This document shows, in pieces, positions 1 through 7,360 of a stretch of DNA of 16,863 bases. Each line of letters opens with the position of its first letter. The first letter of the stretch is position 1. Source of the DNA: a candidate division WOR-3 bacterium (GTDB lineage Bacteria > Hydrothermota > Tepidihabitantia > SM23-42 > CAYGYG01). Both the position numbers and the translations under genes were made by a program. A model generated the notes under the pieces. It searched no databases and was not told the DNA's origin. It saw only the letters and a program-made list of their open reading frames with translations. Where the stretch lies: NCBI GenBank assembly GCA_965648915.1, contig CBFGIV010000051.1:1-16863 (forward strand), given 5' to 3'.

Positions 1-91
1 TCAATCGTTTCCGCCCCAGTAAAACCGCCAATAACTTCACCTGCTCACCAATAAGCTGCCTTAATCGTAACCGGCATTGACTTAAAGTCAT
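1..91 (-). CDS. 5' end of a hypothetical protein, truncated by the window edge (MTLSQCRLRLRQLIGEQVKLLAVLLGRKRL...)
   Basis: ATG at 91..89, AGGAGGT Shine-Dalgarno at 102..96, consensus promoter at 140..113, frame open to base 1. It is not in the supplied ORF track because only 30 codons are visible. Confidence 0.75.
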   Translation of the reverse strand, partial: MTLSQCRLRLRQLIGEQVKLLAVLLGRKRL

Positions 92-112
92 CTTTACCTC
101 CTTCTGGATATA

Positions 113-140
113 ATTATATTTATAATAACCAGATTGTCAA
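113..140 (-). promoter_or_regulatory. sigma70-type promoter TTGACA-N16-TATAAT for the left-edge gene
   Basis: Perfect -35 (140..135) and -10 (118..113) upstream of an SD and ATG. Confidence 0.8.
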
Positions 141-320
141 GCAAAAAGTTAAGTGAGAAAAAACAACTTTGGGGATGGTTAATAAAGGTCTATTGAATAA
201 TCAAAACCATTGATTTCTTAAACTAAAATTAAAAACTAAAGGTGAGAAAAAAATTCATTCGGCATTGCTGGCCAGGAAGCGCTGGTTATTCAGGGAATAT
301 CGGATGGATGCAAAATATTC

Positions 321-348
321 TTGATTTTTTGAGTTTGATGAATAATCT
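321..348 (+). promoter_or_regulatory. argR promoter TTGATT-N16-TAATCT, probably leaderless
   Basis: -35 at 321-326 and -10 at 343-348. The ATG at 355 lies 7 nt after the -10 and there is no SD. Confidence 0.6.
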
Positions 349-354
349 TTGCCT

Positions 355-834
355 ATGAGAAGATCTTTAAGAGAAAAAAAGAGACGTTTACGTCAGGAGA
401 AGATAAAGGGGTTGCTATCATCCAGAGAGATCAGGACTCAGGAAGAGTTACTTAAAGAGATCGCCGGTCTTGGTATCACCGTTACCCAGGCGACATTGTC
501 CCGAGATTTAAGGGAGATGGGGGTTGTTAAAGTTCCGACCGGCCTGGGGAAATATATCTATAAAATAACCACCGTTGAGACTTCGGCCTCGGAACGAGAA
601 TTGAAAGATAAGTTTATCAAATTTGTTCAGGATATTAAGATTGCCGGTAATTTGATTATAGTTAAGACCCCACCGGGTGAAGCCCAGGGGGTGGCCCGCG
701 TTATCGATCTTGCCAAGATAAAAGGCATCTTAGGAAGTGTGGCGGGAGATGATACGATACTGCTGGTCATTAATAACCGAAGTAACGCCCGACAGATACT
801 TTCGTTCTTCCGGGGTCTTTCTGGTCAGGGATAA
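355..834 (+). CDS. argR: Arginine repressor
   Basis: Winged-helix motifs TQEEL and TQATLSRDLREM, and the C-terminal arginine-binding motif GSVAGDDTIL. It lies next to argG/argH. ATG 355 is preferred over TTG 349 on promoter geometry. Confidence 0.96.
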   Translation: MRRSLREKKRRLRQEKIKGLLSSREIRTQEELLKEIAGLGITVTQATLSRDLREMGVVKVPTGLGKYIYKITTVETSASERELKDKFIKFVQDIKIAGNLIIVKTPPGEAQGVARVIDLAKIKGILGSVAGDDTILLVINNRSNARQILSFFRGLSGQG

Positions 835-874
835 TAAGATAGGCCAGTAACCGTTACTGAACTAACCCTCTCAA

Positions 875-892
875 TTTGCATATTCATTCATT
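875..892. promoter_or_regulatory. ARG box (ArgR operator) TTTGCATATTCATTCATT
   Basis: Core TGCAT-ATTC-ATTCA (877-890) matches the TGMAT-N4-ATKCA consensus and lies upstream of the argG promoter. Confidence 0.7.
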
Positions 893-907
893 TTTAAAAA
901 TTCACCC

Positions 908-935
908 TTGACTTTCTATAAAATTTAAGTATAAT
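908..935 (+). promoter_or_regulatory. argG operon promoter P1 TTGACT-N16-TATAAT
   Basis: -35 at 908-913, -10 at 930-935. Confidence 0.7.
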
Positions 936-964
936 TATACAATTTTTTTGTATAATTATTATTG
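926..964. promoter_or_regulatory. Tandem ARG boxes
   Basis: Cores AGTATAATTATACA (928-941, containing the perfect palindrome GTATAATTATAC) and TGTATAATTATTAT (949-962) are 21 bp apart, the classic 18+3 ArgR tandem spacing. They overlap the P1 -10 and the start of the P2 -35. Confidence 0.7.
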
Positions 965-989
965 ACGGAATTATCTTGCTGGATATAAT
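962..989 (+). promoter_or_regulatory. argG operon promoter P2 TTGACG-N16-TATAAT
   Basis: -35 at 962-967, -10 at 984-989. An AAGGAGGT SD precedes ATG 1040. Confidence 0.7.
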
Positions 990-1039
990 GTGGTGTCAGA
1001 GAGATAATCGGTCTCGATGTTAATAATAAAGGAGGTTTT

Positions 1040-2272
1040 ATGAAAAAGGTTCTGTTGTCTTATTCGGGTGGCCTTGACACCTCAGTCGCAATAAAGATGA
1101 TTGAGGAAGAGTATGATGCCGAGGTCTACACCCTTACGGTTGATGTCGGGCAGAAGGAAGATCTTGAGGCGATTCGCAAAAAGGCGCTTTATGTTGGTGC
1201 ACGGGACGCCTTTGTGTTCGATGGCCAGGAGGAGTTTGTTCAGGATTATATCATCCCGGCCATCAAAGCGAACGCGCTTTATGAAGGTGTCTACCCCCTG
1301 GCAACGGCGCTTGCCCGGCCATTAATCGTAAAACATCTGGTTGCCCGAGCAGAATCAATTGGCGCCGAGTGTATTGCCCATGGTTGTACTGGTAAAGGCA
1401 ATGACCAGGTAAGATTTGAGGCCGGGATAGCAGCCCTGATGCCCTCACTTCAGGTGATCGCTCCGATGCGTCAATTCAATCTTAAAAGGGACTACGAGCT
1501 TGAGTATGCCCATAAACATGGTATACCGGTTGAGACCAAGGCGGTTAACTATTCAATCGATGAGAATCTCTGGGGCCGGAGTATTGAATGCGGGGTGCTT
1601 GAAGATGCTGATCAGGAGCCGCCCGAAGATGCTTACAGCTGGACCAGACCGCCTGAAGATGCGCCGGCTCAAGCAACCTACATCGATATCGAATTCCAGG
1701 CGGGCGTACCGGTCAAACTTAATGGTGAATCGATGGGGCAGTTAGAAATGATCAGGATGCTTAACCAATTGGGTGGAATTAATGGTATCGGTCGTATTGA
1801 CCATATTGAATCACGACTGGTCGGGATTAAATCGCGTGAGGTCTATGAAGCGCCGGCCGCGGTTATCCTTATTAAGGCACATCAGGATTTAGAGAAGTTG
1901 ACCCTGCCCCGGGATGTTTTACACTTCAAACCGGTGGTCGAGGCCTTATTTGCTGAACTGGTCTATAATGGACTGTGGTTCAGCCCATTACGAAAAGCGC
2001 TCTCTGCCTTTATCGATGAAACCCAGCAGAATGTGACCGGAAAGGTAAGGATGAAATTGTTTAAGGGATCAGCAATAGTCGTGGGAAGATCTTCCGCGGC
2101 AAGTCTCTATGTAAAAAACTTGGCCACCTATGAGGGGATTGATGAGTTCGATCAGAATTCGGCCAGAGGCTTTATTGAGATCTGGTCACTGCCACTCAAG
2201 GTGTATAATCGGGTCAACTACCGGAAACAGATCCAGGCTGATCCGGTTTTAATTTCAACCCGATCGATGTAG
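1040..2272 (+). CDS. argG: Argininosuccinate synthase
   Basis: Motifs SYSGGLDTS, HGCTGKGNDQVRFE, YSIDENLWGRS and GIKSREVYEAP. Strong SD. Confidence 0.98.
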   Translation: MKKVLLSYSGGLDTSVAIKMIEEEYDAEVYTLTVDVGQKEDLEAIRKKALYVGARDAFVFDGQEEFVQDYIIPAIKANALYEGVYPLATALARPLIVKHLVARAESIGAECIAHGCTGKGNDQVRFEAGIAALMPSLQVIAPMRQFNLKRDYELEYAHKHGIPVETKAVNYSIDENLWGRSIECGVLEDADQEPPEDAYSWTRPPEDAPAQATYIDIEFQAGVPVKLNGESMGQLEMIRMLNQLGGINGIGRIDHIESRLVGIKSREVYEAPAAVILIKAHQDLEKLTLPRDVLHFKPVVEALFAELVYNGLWFSPLRKALSAFIDETQQNVTGKVRMKLFKGSAIVVGRSSAASLYVKNLATYEGIDEFDQNSARGFIEIWSLPLKVYNRVNYRKQIQADPVLISTRSM

Positions 2273-2296
2273 GGTAAAAATAAAGGAGGTAATAAG

Positions 2297-3652
2297 ATGG
2301 AACCAATCTATCCCAGAATAAAGGCCACTCCCCCTGGACCCGGGGCGAAACGGATTATCAAGATGGAGGAGAAGTATCTGGCGACAACGACAAAGCATCT
2401 CCCCCTCACGGTGAAGCGCGGGTCGGGGCCGATGGTTGAAGATGTTGATGGCAACCTCTTCCTCGACTTCACCACGGGTGTCTGTGTCACCAATATCGGC
2501 ATATCCCATCCCCGGGTGGTCGAGGCAATTACCGCTCAAGCGAAGGATTTTATCTATTTTGCGGGAACTGATTTCTCATACGAGATTCAGACTAAACTGG
2601 CCCAGAAATTGACCGAGATCACGCCCGGAAGTTTCCCGAAAAAGGTCTTCTTTGCCAACTCTGGAGCAGAATCGGTCGAGGCGGCAATAAAGATTGCCAA
2701 GTGGTCGACCCGGCGCAATCAGTTTATTGGTTTTATCGGTGGTTTTCATGGTCGGACCATGGGCGCAAATTCTTTTATGGGCTGTAAGGTTGTCCAGCGC
2801 GAACGGTATTTTCCGATGATGCCCGGTGTGCTTCAGATCCCGTATGCCTATTGCTACCGTTGTGCCTATCATACTGAATACCCCGGCTGTGGAATATGGT
2901 GTGCCCGGATCATCGAAGAGATATACTTCAAGCAGATAGTTGCCCCATCCGAGGTCGCGGCAATTCTGGTTGAACCGATTCAGGGTGAAGGAGGCTATAT
3001 CGTCCCACCCGACGAATTCCTCCAGGAATTGAGCCGGATTGCTGCCCGATACGGTATCTTACTCATTGATGACGAGGTCCAGACCGGGCTGGGGAGAACC
3101 GGTAAGATGTTTGCCATCGAATATGCCGGGGTGACGCCCGATATTATCACTTTAGCCAAAGGCCTGGCTTCAGGTCTGCCTATTGGTGTTGCAATATTCG
3201 ACAGCCAGTACGACTTTAAGGTTAAGGGTGCCCATTCCAATACCTTTGGCGGCAATCCCGTATGTTGTGCAGCGGCGCTGGCGACCATTGAGGTCATCGA
3301 GAATGAAGGTCTGGTCATCCAGGCAGGCATTAAAGGAAAATATATAAAGGAGCACTTGTCTGATCTCCAGAAGAGATATGATTTTATTGGTGATGTTCGA
3401 GGCCGGGGAATGTTTGTTGCCTGTGAACTTATTTCTGATCCGGTCCTAAAGACACCAGCCCCTGAACTCTGTGACAAGATTGTTGAATACTGTTTTGAAA
3501 AAGGGTTACTCCTGATGCCCTGCGGTTTTTCATCGATTCGGTTTGTCCCACCCCTGAATATTTCCCAGAAAGAACTTACGACCGGCTTAGAAATCTTCAG
3601 CGACGCCTGCGCCTATGTTGCCGGCAAGATCAGAGCCCTGATAACGAAATGA
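2297..3652 (+). CDS. Class III PLP-dependent aminotransferase (acetylornithine/ornithine/4-aminobutyrate aminotransferase family)
   Basis: Motifs NSGAESVEAAIK, FHGRT, EPIQGEGG, DDEVQTGLGRTG, PLP lysine in DIITLAKGLASG, and HSNTFGGNP. AAGGAGGT SD. The substrate cannot be fixed from sequence. Confidence 0.92.
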   Translation: MEPIYPRIKATPPGPGAKRIIKMEEKYLATTTKHLPLTVKRGSGPMVEDVDGNLFLDFTTGVCVTNIGISHPRVVEAITAQAKDFIYFAGTDFSYEIQTKLAQKLTEITPGSFPKKVFFANSGAESVEAAIKIAKWSTRRNQFIGFIGGFHGRTMGANSFMGCKVVQRERYFPMMPGVLQIPYAYCYRCAYHTEYPGCGIWCARIIEEIYFKQIVAPSEVAAILVEPIQGEGGYIVPPDEFLQELSRIAARYGILLIDDEVQTGLGRTGKMFAIEYAGVTPDIITLAKGLASGLPIGVAIFDSQYDFKVKGAHSNTFGGNPVCCAAALATIEVIENEGLVIQAGIKGKYIKEHLSDLQKRYDFIGDVRGRGMFVACELISDPVLKTPAPELCDKIVEYCFEKGLLLMPCGFSSIRFVPPLNISQKELTTGLEIFSDACAYVAGKIRALITK

Positions 3653-5082
3653 AAGATAATCAACCTATCTGGCAGAAGAGGTTTGGTTCTGATGTAAATC
3701 GACAGGTCTTGAATTTTACCTCTTCGGTTGATGATGATCGAAGATTGGTCCTTTATGATATAATCTGCAGCAGGGCCCATGCCCGGGCCCTGCAAAGAGC
3801 GAAGATTATTTCCCGACGGGATTATATGGCCATCGATCGAGGTTTACGGATAATCGAGCAGGAATTTAAGAAGGGTAGATTCAAACTCAAAATTATCTAT
3901 GAAGATGTCCATATGAATATTGAGAAGCGCTTGAAACAATTGATCGGTGCGACTGCAGACAAACTCCATACTGCGCGGAGCCGTAATGATCTGATCGCGG
4001 CTGATTTAAGGCTCTATATAAATGATAAGATAATCGAACTTATGAGGCAATTAATCGGCCTGGAGGATGCACTGCTGGTCAAGGCAGATAAAAATCTTGG
4101 GGTCATTATGCCCGGATATACCCACTGGCAGATGGCCCAGCCAATTCTTGTCTCATTCTATTTCCTCTCTTATTTTTTTAAATTTCAGCGCGACTTCGAC
4201 GGTCTGCGTGATATACTTAAAAGGGTCCGGATCTCTCCCCTGAGTAGTGCTGCCCTGGCCGGGACTTCGCTGTCGATCGACAGCCATTTCCTGGCGCGAA
4301 TGATTAAATTCGATAAACCGGTTGATAATGCACTGGATGGTGTGGGTGATCGTGATTTTCTAATGGAGACAATCTATTATCTCAATCAGATGATGATACA
4401 TATCTCATCCCTGGCCGAAGAGATGATTATTTTCAGTACACAGGAATTTGGTCTGGGTGTACTTGATGATGCAGTTACGACCGGTTCAAGCATAATGCCC
4501 CAGAAGAAGAATCCGGATGTCTGTGAACTGTTGCGAGCCCGGGCCGGAAGAGCGATTGGCCGGTTGACTGCGACCCTTACCATCTTAAAAGGGTTACCCG
4601 CTTCTTATAATCGGGATCTCCAGGATCTGAAGAGGCTTCTGTTTGAGCAGATAGATGATGCCTTAGAAAGTTTGCAATCTGCTCGGCTACTCATTCGCGC
4701 CTGGCGGTTTAATAAGTCAAGATTAGAGGACTGGGCATCGACTGAAAGTTTTGCCTGCACCGGTGATCTGGTTGAGTTTCTGGTTAGAAAGGGTTATCCT
4801 TTTCGGACTGCATATAATATAGTCGCGGAATCTGTTCAACAGTCAAACGGGGTGATGGAGAGATTTATAAGACTGTGTGGGGAGAGATTCAAAATACAAT
4901 CAAAGGTGATTTCTGAAATATTAAAACCGAGAAATTCGATAGAGGCAAAGATTTCCAAATCAAGCACCGGTCTCAAACCGGTTATGAAAAGTTTTAACAG
5001 AGCGAGAAGAATCATTAAGACAAATGAGCGGGTCCTCAAAAGGTTCAGGCCGGTGGTTTCTATTAAAAAGCAGACCGGCTAA
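3649..5082 (+). CDS. argH: Argininosuccinate lyase
   Basis: Motifs EDVHMNIEKRL, LHTARSRND, MPGYTH..AQP, GSSIMPQKKNPD and YNRDLQ. ATGA overlap with the upstream gene suggests translational coupling. Confidence 0.96.
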   Translation: MKDNQPIWQKRFGSDVNRQVLNFTSSVDDDRRLVLYDIICSRAHARALQRAKIISRRDYMAIDRGLRIIEQEFKKGRFKLKIIYEDVHMNIEKRLKQLIGATADKLHTARSRNDLIAADLRLYINDKIIELMRQLIGLEDALLVKADKNLGVIMPGYTHWQMAQPILVSFYFLSYFFKFQRDFDGLRDILKRVRISPLSSAALAGTSLSIDSHFLARMIKFDKPVDNALDGVGDRDFLMETIYYLNQMMIHISSLAEEMIIFSTQEFGLGVLDDAVTTGSSIMPQKKNPDVCELLRARAGRAIGRLTATLTILKGLPASYNRDLQDLKRLLFEQIDDALESLQSARLLIRAWRFNKSRLEDWASTESFACTGDLVEFLVRKGYPFRTAYNIVAESVQQSNGVMERFIRLCGERFKIQSKVISEILKPRNSIEAKISKSSTGLKPVMKSFNRARRIIKTNERVLKRFRPVVSIKKQTG

Positions 5083-5096
5083 TTTAGCCGGCCCGC
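5065..5096 (-). terminator. Intrinsic terminator for the minus-strand gene ending at 5118, possibly bidirectional
   Basis: On the minus strand GCGGGCCGGCUA-AAU-UAGCCGGUCUGC forms a 12-bp stem with two G-U pairs, followed by UUUUU. It overlaps the argH stop codon. Confidence 0.8.
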
Positions 5097-5117
5097 ATCT
5101 CTTTTATTAAGAATCTA

Positions 5118-6257
5118 TTATTTGAGCAGGATGAATTTGGTCTGGATCTGATCTTTTTCGGTTTTTATGCGCAGGAAGTAGACGCCAGCATTAACCCGCT
5201 CGCCATTATTATCTCTGCCATTCCAGGTTATGCGATGAACCCCTTTATCAAGATAACCCGCGGCAAAGGTTTTGATTACCTGGCCAGTGGCATCAAGGAT
5301 CTTAATTTCAACATTTGTTGGGACGGTCAGTTGATAGATAATTGAGGTCGTTGCCTTGAATGGATTGGGTTTGATATTGACGGCCAGATTGTTTTTCTGG
5401 GCCGAGATCTTCTCTGTTTCTTCTGCTTCCACACCTTGGAAGCCGGTGACCTTGCAGATGGCACCTGGGCAGCTGGTTCAGGTGCCATACTGGGTATAGG
5501 TTACCCAGTAGGTGTTGTTCCTCGGGTCAAATTCGACACCCCGGATATTACTCGTCTCGGGTAGAGGATGAATCCGGAAGTAGTTGAGGACCCGGCAGGT
5601 TGCTGGATCCAGAGCAAAGATACCCGCGCTATCGACAGCAGTTCCACCACTGTTCCAGAAAGTATAGGCATTGAGCAGCCAAGGGCCCATATTACCACTG
5701 CGGGGCCGGAAAGCCAAGCCCCGGGCGCCGTAGTATCCGCGGATCGGATGATCCATACGCCGGATCTGATTACCCAGGGTGTCAAAGACAAAGATATATT
5801 GAGGAAAAACGCCTAACGAAGTCCGACGATCCGAGATATAGATGGTGCGTGTTGCCTCATCCCAGGCAAGACCGGCCGGATAGTCAACCGCCGAGATATT
5901 AAAGTAACGGCGCACTGTGCCGGTAGTTGTAACCTTGTAGACGCGTTTTAATCGATTGGATAAAAGCCACAGGGTATTGTCGTAAGCACAGTATTTGATA
6001 TCGGTGTAGCCACTATCGTTATTTGGTGTTGCGAAAGAACCGTAAGAGGTGATATTGCTGTCCGAAGAGATAATGTTTATTACCTTCAGATAATAATGGC
6101 AGTAATAGACACGATTATCGTTTGGATTATAGCCCAGACCCTGGTGTCCGAGTGGTCCGGTGAAGGTTCTCAGCCAGATTCTCGTCCCCTGAGCAAAACC
6201 AAAAGAGCAGATCAGCATCAGACCGAATAGAGCAACGACGAACTTCTTCGTAACCAT
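5118..6257 (-). CDS. Secreted beta-propeller protein with T9SS/FlgD-Ig-like C-terminal domain, containing an in-frame TGA at codon 260 (putative selenocysteine, UxxC); 379 aa if read through
   Basis: Signal peptide MVTKKFVVALFGLMLICSFGFA/Q. Repeated blades GLGYNP, DIKYCA, GLAWDE, GLAFRP, GVEFDP. TGA at 5480..5478 followed in frame by TSCPGAICKVTGFQGVEAEE, then the C-terminal domain (KPNPF...ILDATGQVIK...ITWNGRD...AGVYF...KFILLK). AGGAGGT SD at 6267..6261. Confidence 0.75.
5425..5470 (-). other. Candidate SECIS-like mRNA hairpins 3' of the in-frame UGA
   Basis: Hairpin 1 (5470..5442) GCC-CA-GGUGCC-[AUCUGCAA]-GG-U-CACCGGC, loop starting 18 nt after the UGA. Hairpin 2 (5443..5425) is a perfect 7-bp stem, GCUUCCA-[AGGUG]-UGGAAGC. 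Folded by eye only. Confidence 0.4.
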
Positions 6258-6309
6258 AGAACCTCCTCTTGCTTCAGGATATTACTAAAAGTCCTGATAA
6301 AGACAGTAA

Positions 6310-6337
6310 ATTTTAACTATTAAATCAGTTTTGTCAA
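6310..6337 (-). promoter_or_regulatory. Promoter TTGACA-N16-TAAAAT for the putative selenoprotein gene
   Basis: -35 at 6337..6332, -10 at 6315..6310. Confidence 0.75.
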
Positions 6338-6378
6338 TAAGAATAAAAAATAATTGCGAATTATTTACCTCTATTTTG

Positions 6379-6406
6379 TTGACAGGCTTAATTTTATCAC
6401 TATAAT
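6379..6406 (+). promoter_or_regulatory. Promoter TTGACA-N16-TATAAT for the aminopeptidase-tamA-tamB operon, probably leaderless
   Basis: Perfect hexamers. ATG 6413 lies 7 nt after the -10 and there is no SD. Confidence 0.8.
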
Positions 6407-6412
6407 TGGTTT

Positions 6413-7360
6413 ATGAAAAAAAGACTATTTTCTGCCGCTGAAAATGTGTTAAGAAATTGTTTGAAAATCAGAACCGGAGAGAGGGTTTTAATCATAACCG
6501 ATATCCTTCGTTATAATATTGGTCAAATCTTTTTTCAGGTTGCCAGTAAATTCGGTGAGCCCATCCTGGTTGAGATGCTCCCTGGTAAGATGCACGGTGA
6601 AGAACCGCCATCGATCATCAGTCGGATGTTGAAAGAATGGGATGTATTCATCATACCAACTACTATGTCTTTGACCCATACCCGGGCGCGCCGTGATGCC
6701 TGTCGATTGGGTAAGCGGGGAGCAACCCTTCCCGGGATTACAGAAGATATGATGGCCCGAACCCTGAATGCCGATTATAAAAAGATTGCTAAACTGAGCC
6801 TGAAACTTGCCCACCTTTTGACCGCGGCCCGCCAGGCCCATCTTATCACGAAAAAAGGGACCAATCTCCGTCTCAAATTAGGCAACCGGTCGGGCCATCC
6901 CGACACGGGTATCATCCATAACCGCGGAGATTTTTCTAATCTACCGGCCGGGGAGGCGTATATTGCACCGGTTGAAGGGTCGGCGCAGGGATCGCTGGTT
7001 ATTGATGGATCGATGGCACCGATGGGGCGACTGAAGAATGATTTAATTTTTATTATTAAGGATGGAAAGATAAAGTCCATAACTAATGATCGAGGTTATT
7101 TTGTGAGGATATTTAATAAATATGGCCCTGAGTCAACCAATCTGGCTGAACTGGGCATCGGTACCAACGACTTTGCCCGGATAACGGGTGAGGTGCTTGA
7201 AGACGAAAAGGTTATGGGTACAGTTCATATCGCTTTCGGGAGTAATTTTGCCTTCGGGGGAAAGGTTTCGGTGCCGATCCATCTCGACGGTGTGATCAAT
7301 CAACCAACTCTCTTCCTGGATGATAAGTGCATTATGAGAGATGGTCGCTTTATTATTTAG
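6413..7360 (+). CDS. M29-family (aminopeptidase T / thermophilic leucyl aminopeptidase-like) metallopeptidase
   Basis: Motifs NLPAGEAYIAP, NLAELGIGTN, LEDEKVMGTVHIAFGSN and HLDGV, plus the N-terminal GERVLIITD. Confidence 0.85.
   Translation: MKKRLFSAAENVLRNCLKIRTGERVLIITDILRYNIGQIFFQVASKFGEPILVEMLPGKMHGEEPPSIISRMLKEWDVFIIPTTMSLTHTRARRDACRLGKRGATLPGITEDMMARTLNADYKKIAKLSLKLAHLLTAARQAHLITKKGTNLRLKLGNRSGHPDTGIIHNRGDFSNLPAGEAYIAPVEGSAQGSLVIDGSMAPMGRLKNDLIFIIKDGKIKSITNDRGYFVRIFNKYGPESTNLAELGIGTNDFARITGEVLEDEKVMGTVHIAFGSNFAFGGKVSVPIHLDGVINQPTLFLDDKCIMRDGRFII

Noticed and set aside
107..120. Palindrome ATATAATTATAT as an ARG box controlling the left-edge gene
   Set aside because: It shares the AT core with 929-940 but lacks the conserved TG...CA positions, and is easily explained by the -10 hexamer in AT-rich DNA.
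195..352. ARG boxes for argR autoregulation (TGAATAATC at 195 and 339, TGCAAAATATTC at 309)
   Set aside because: Only half-sites match and no pair shows the 21-bp spacing.
5118..5432. Stand-alone 104-aa ORF starting at GTG 5432
   Set aside because: It has no properly spaced SD, the start is buried in a hairpin, and it is in frame with the upstream gene. It is better explained as the C-terminal domain of 5118..6257.
5478..5480. Genome-wide UGA reassignment (code 4 or 25) as the explanation for the in-frame TGA
   Set aside because: Four conserved genes in the window end at TGA at expected lengths, no other gene is interrupted, and Trp is encoded by TGG.
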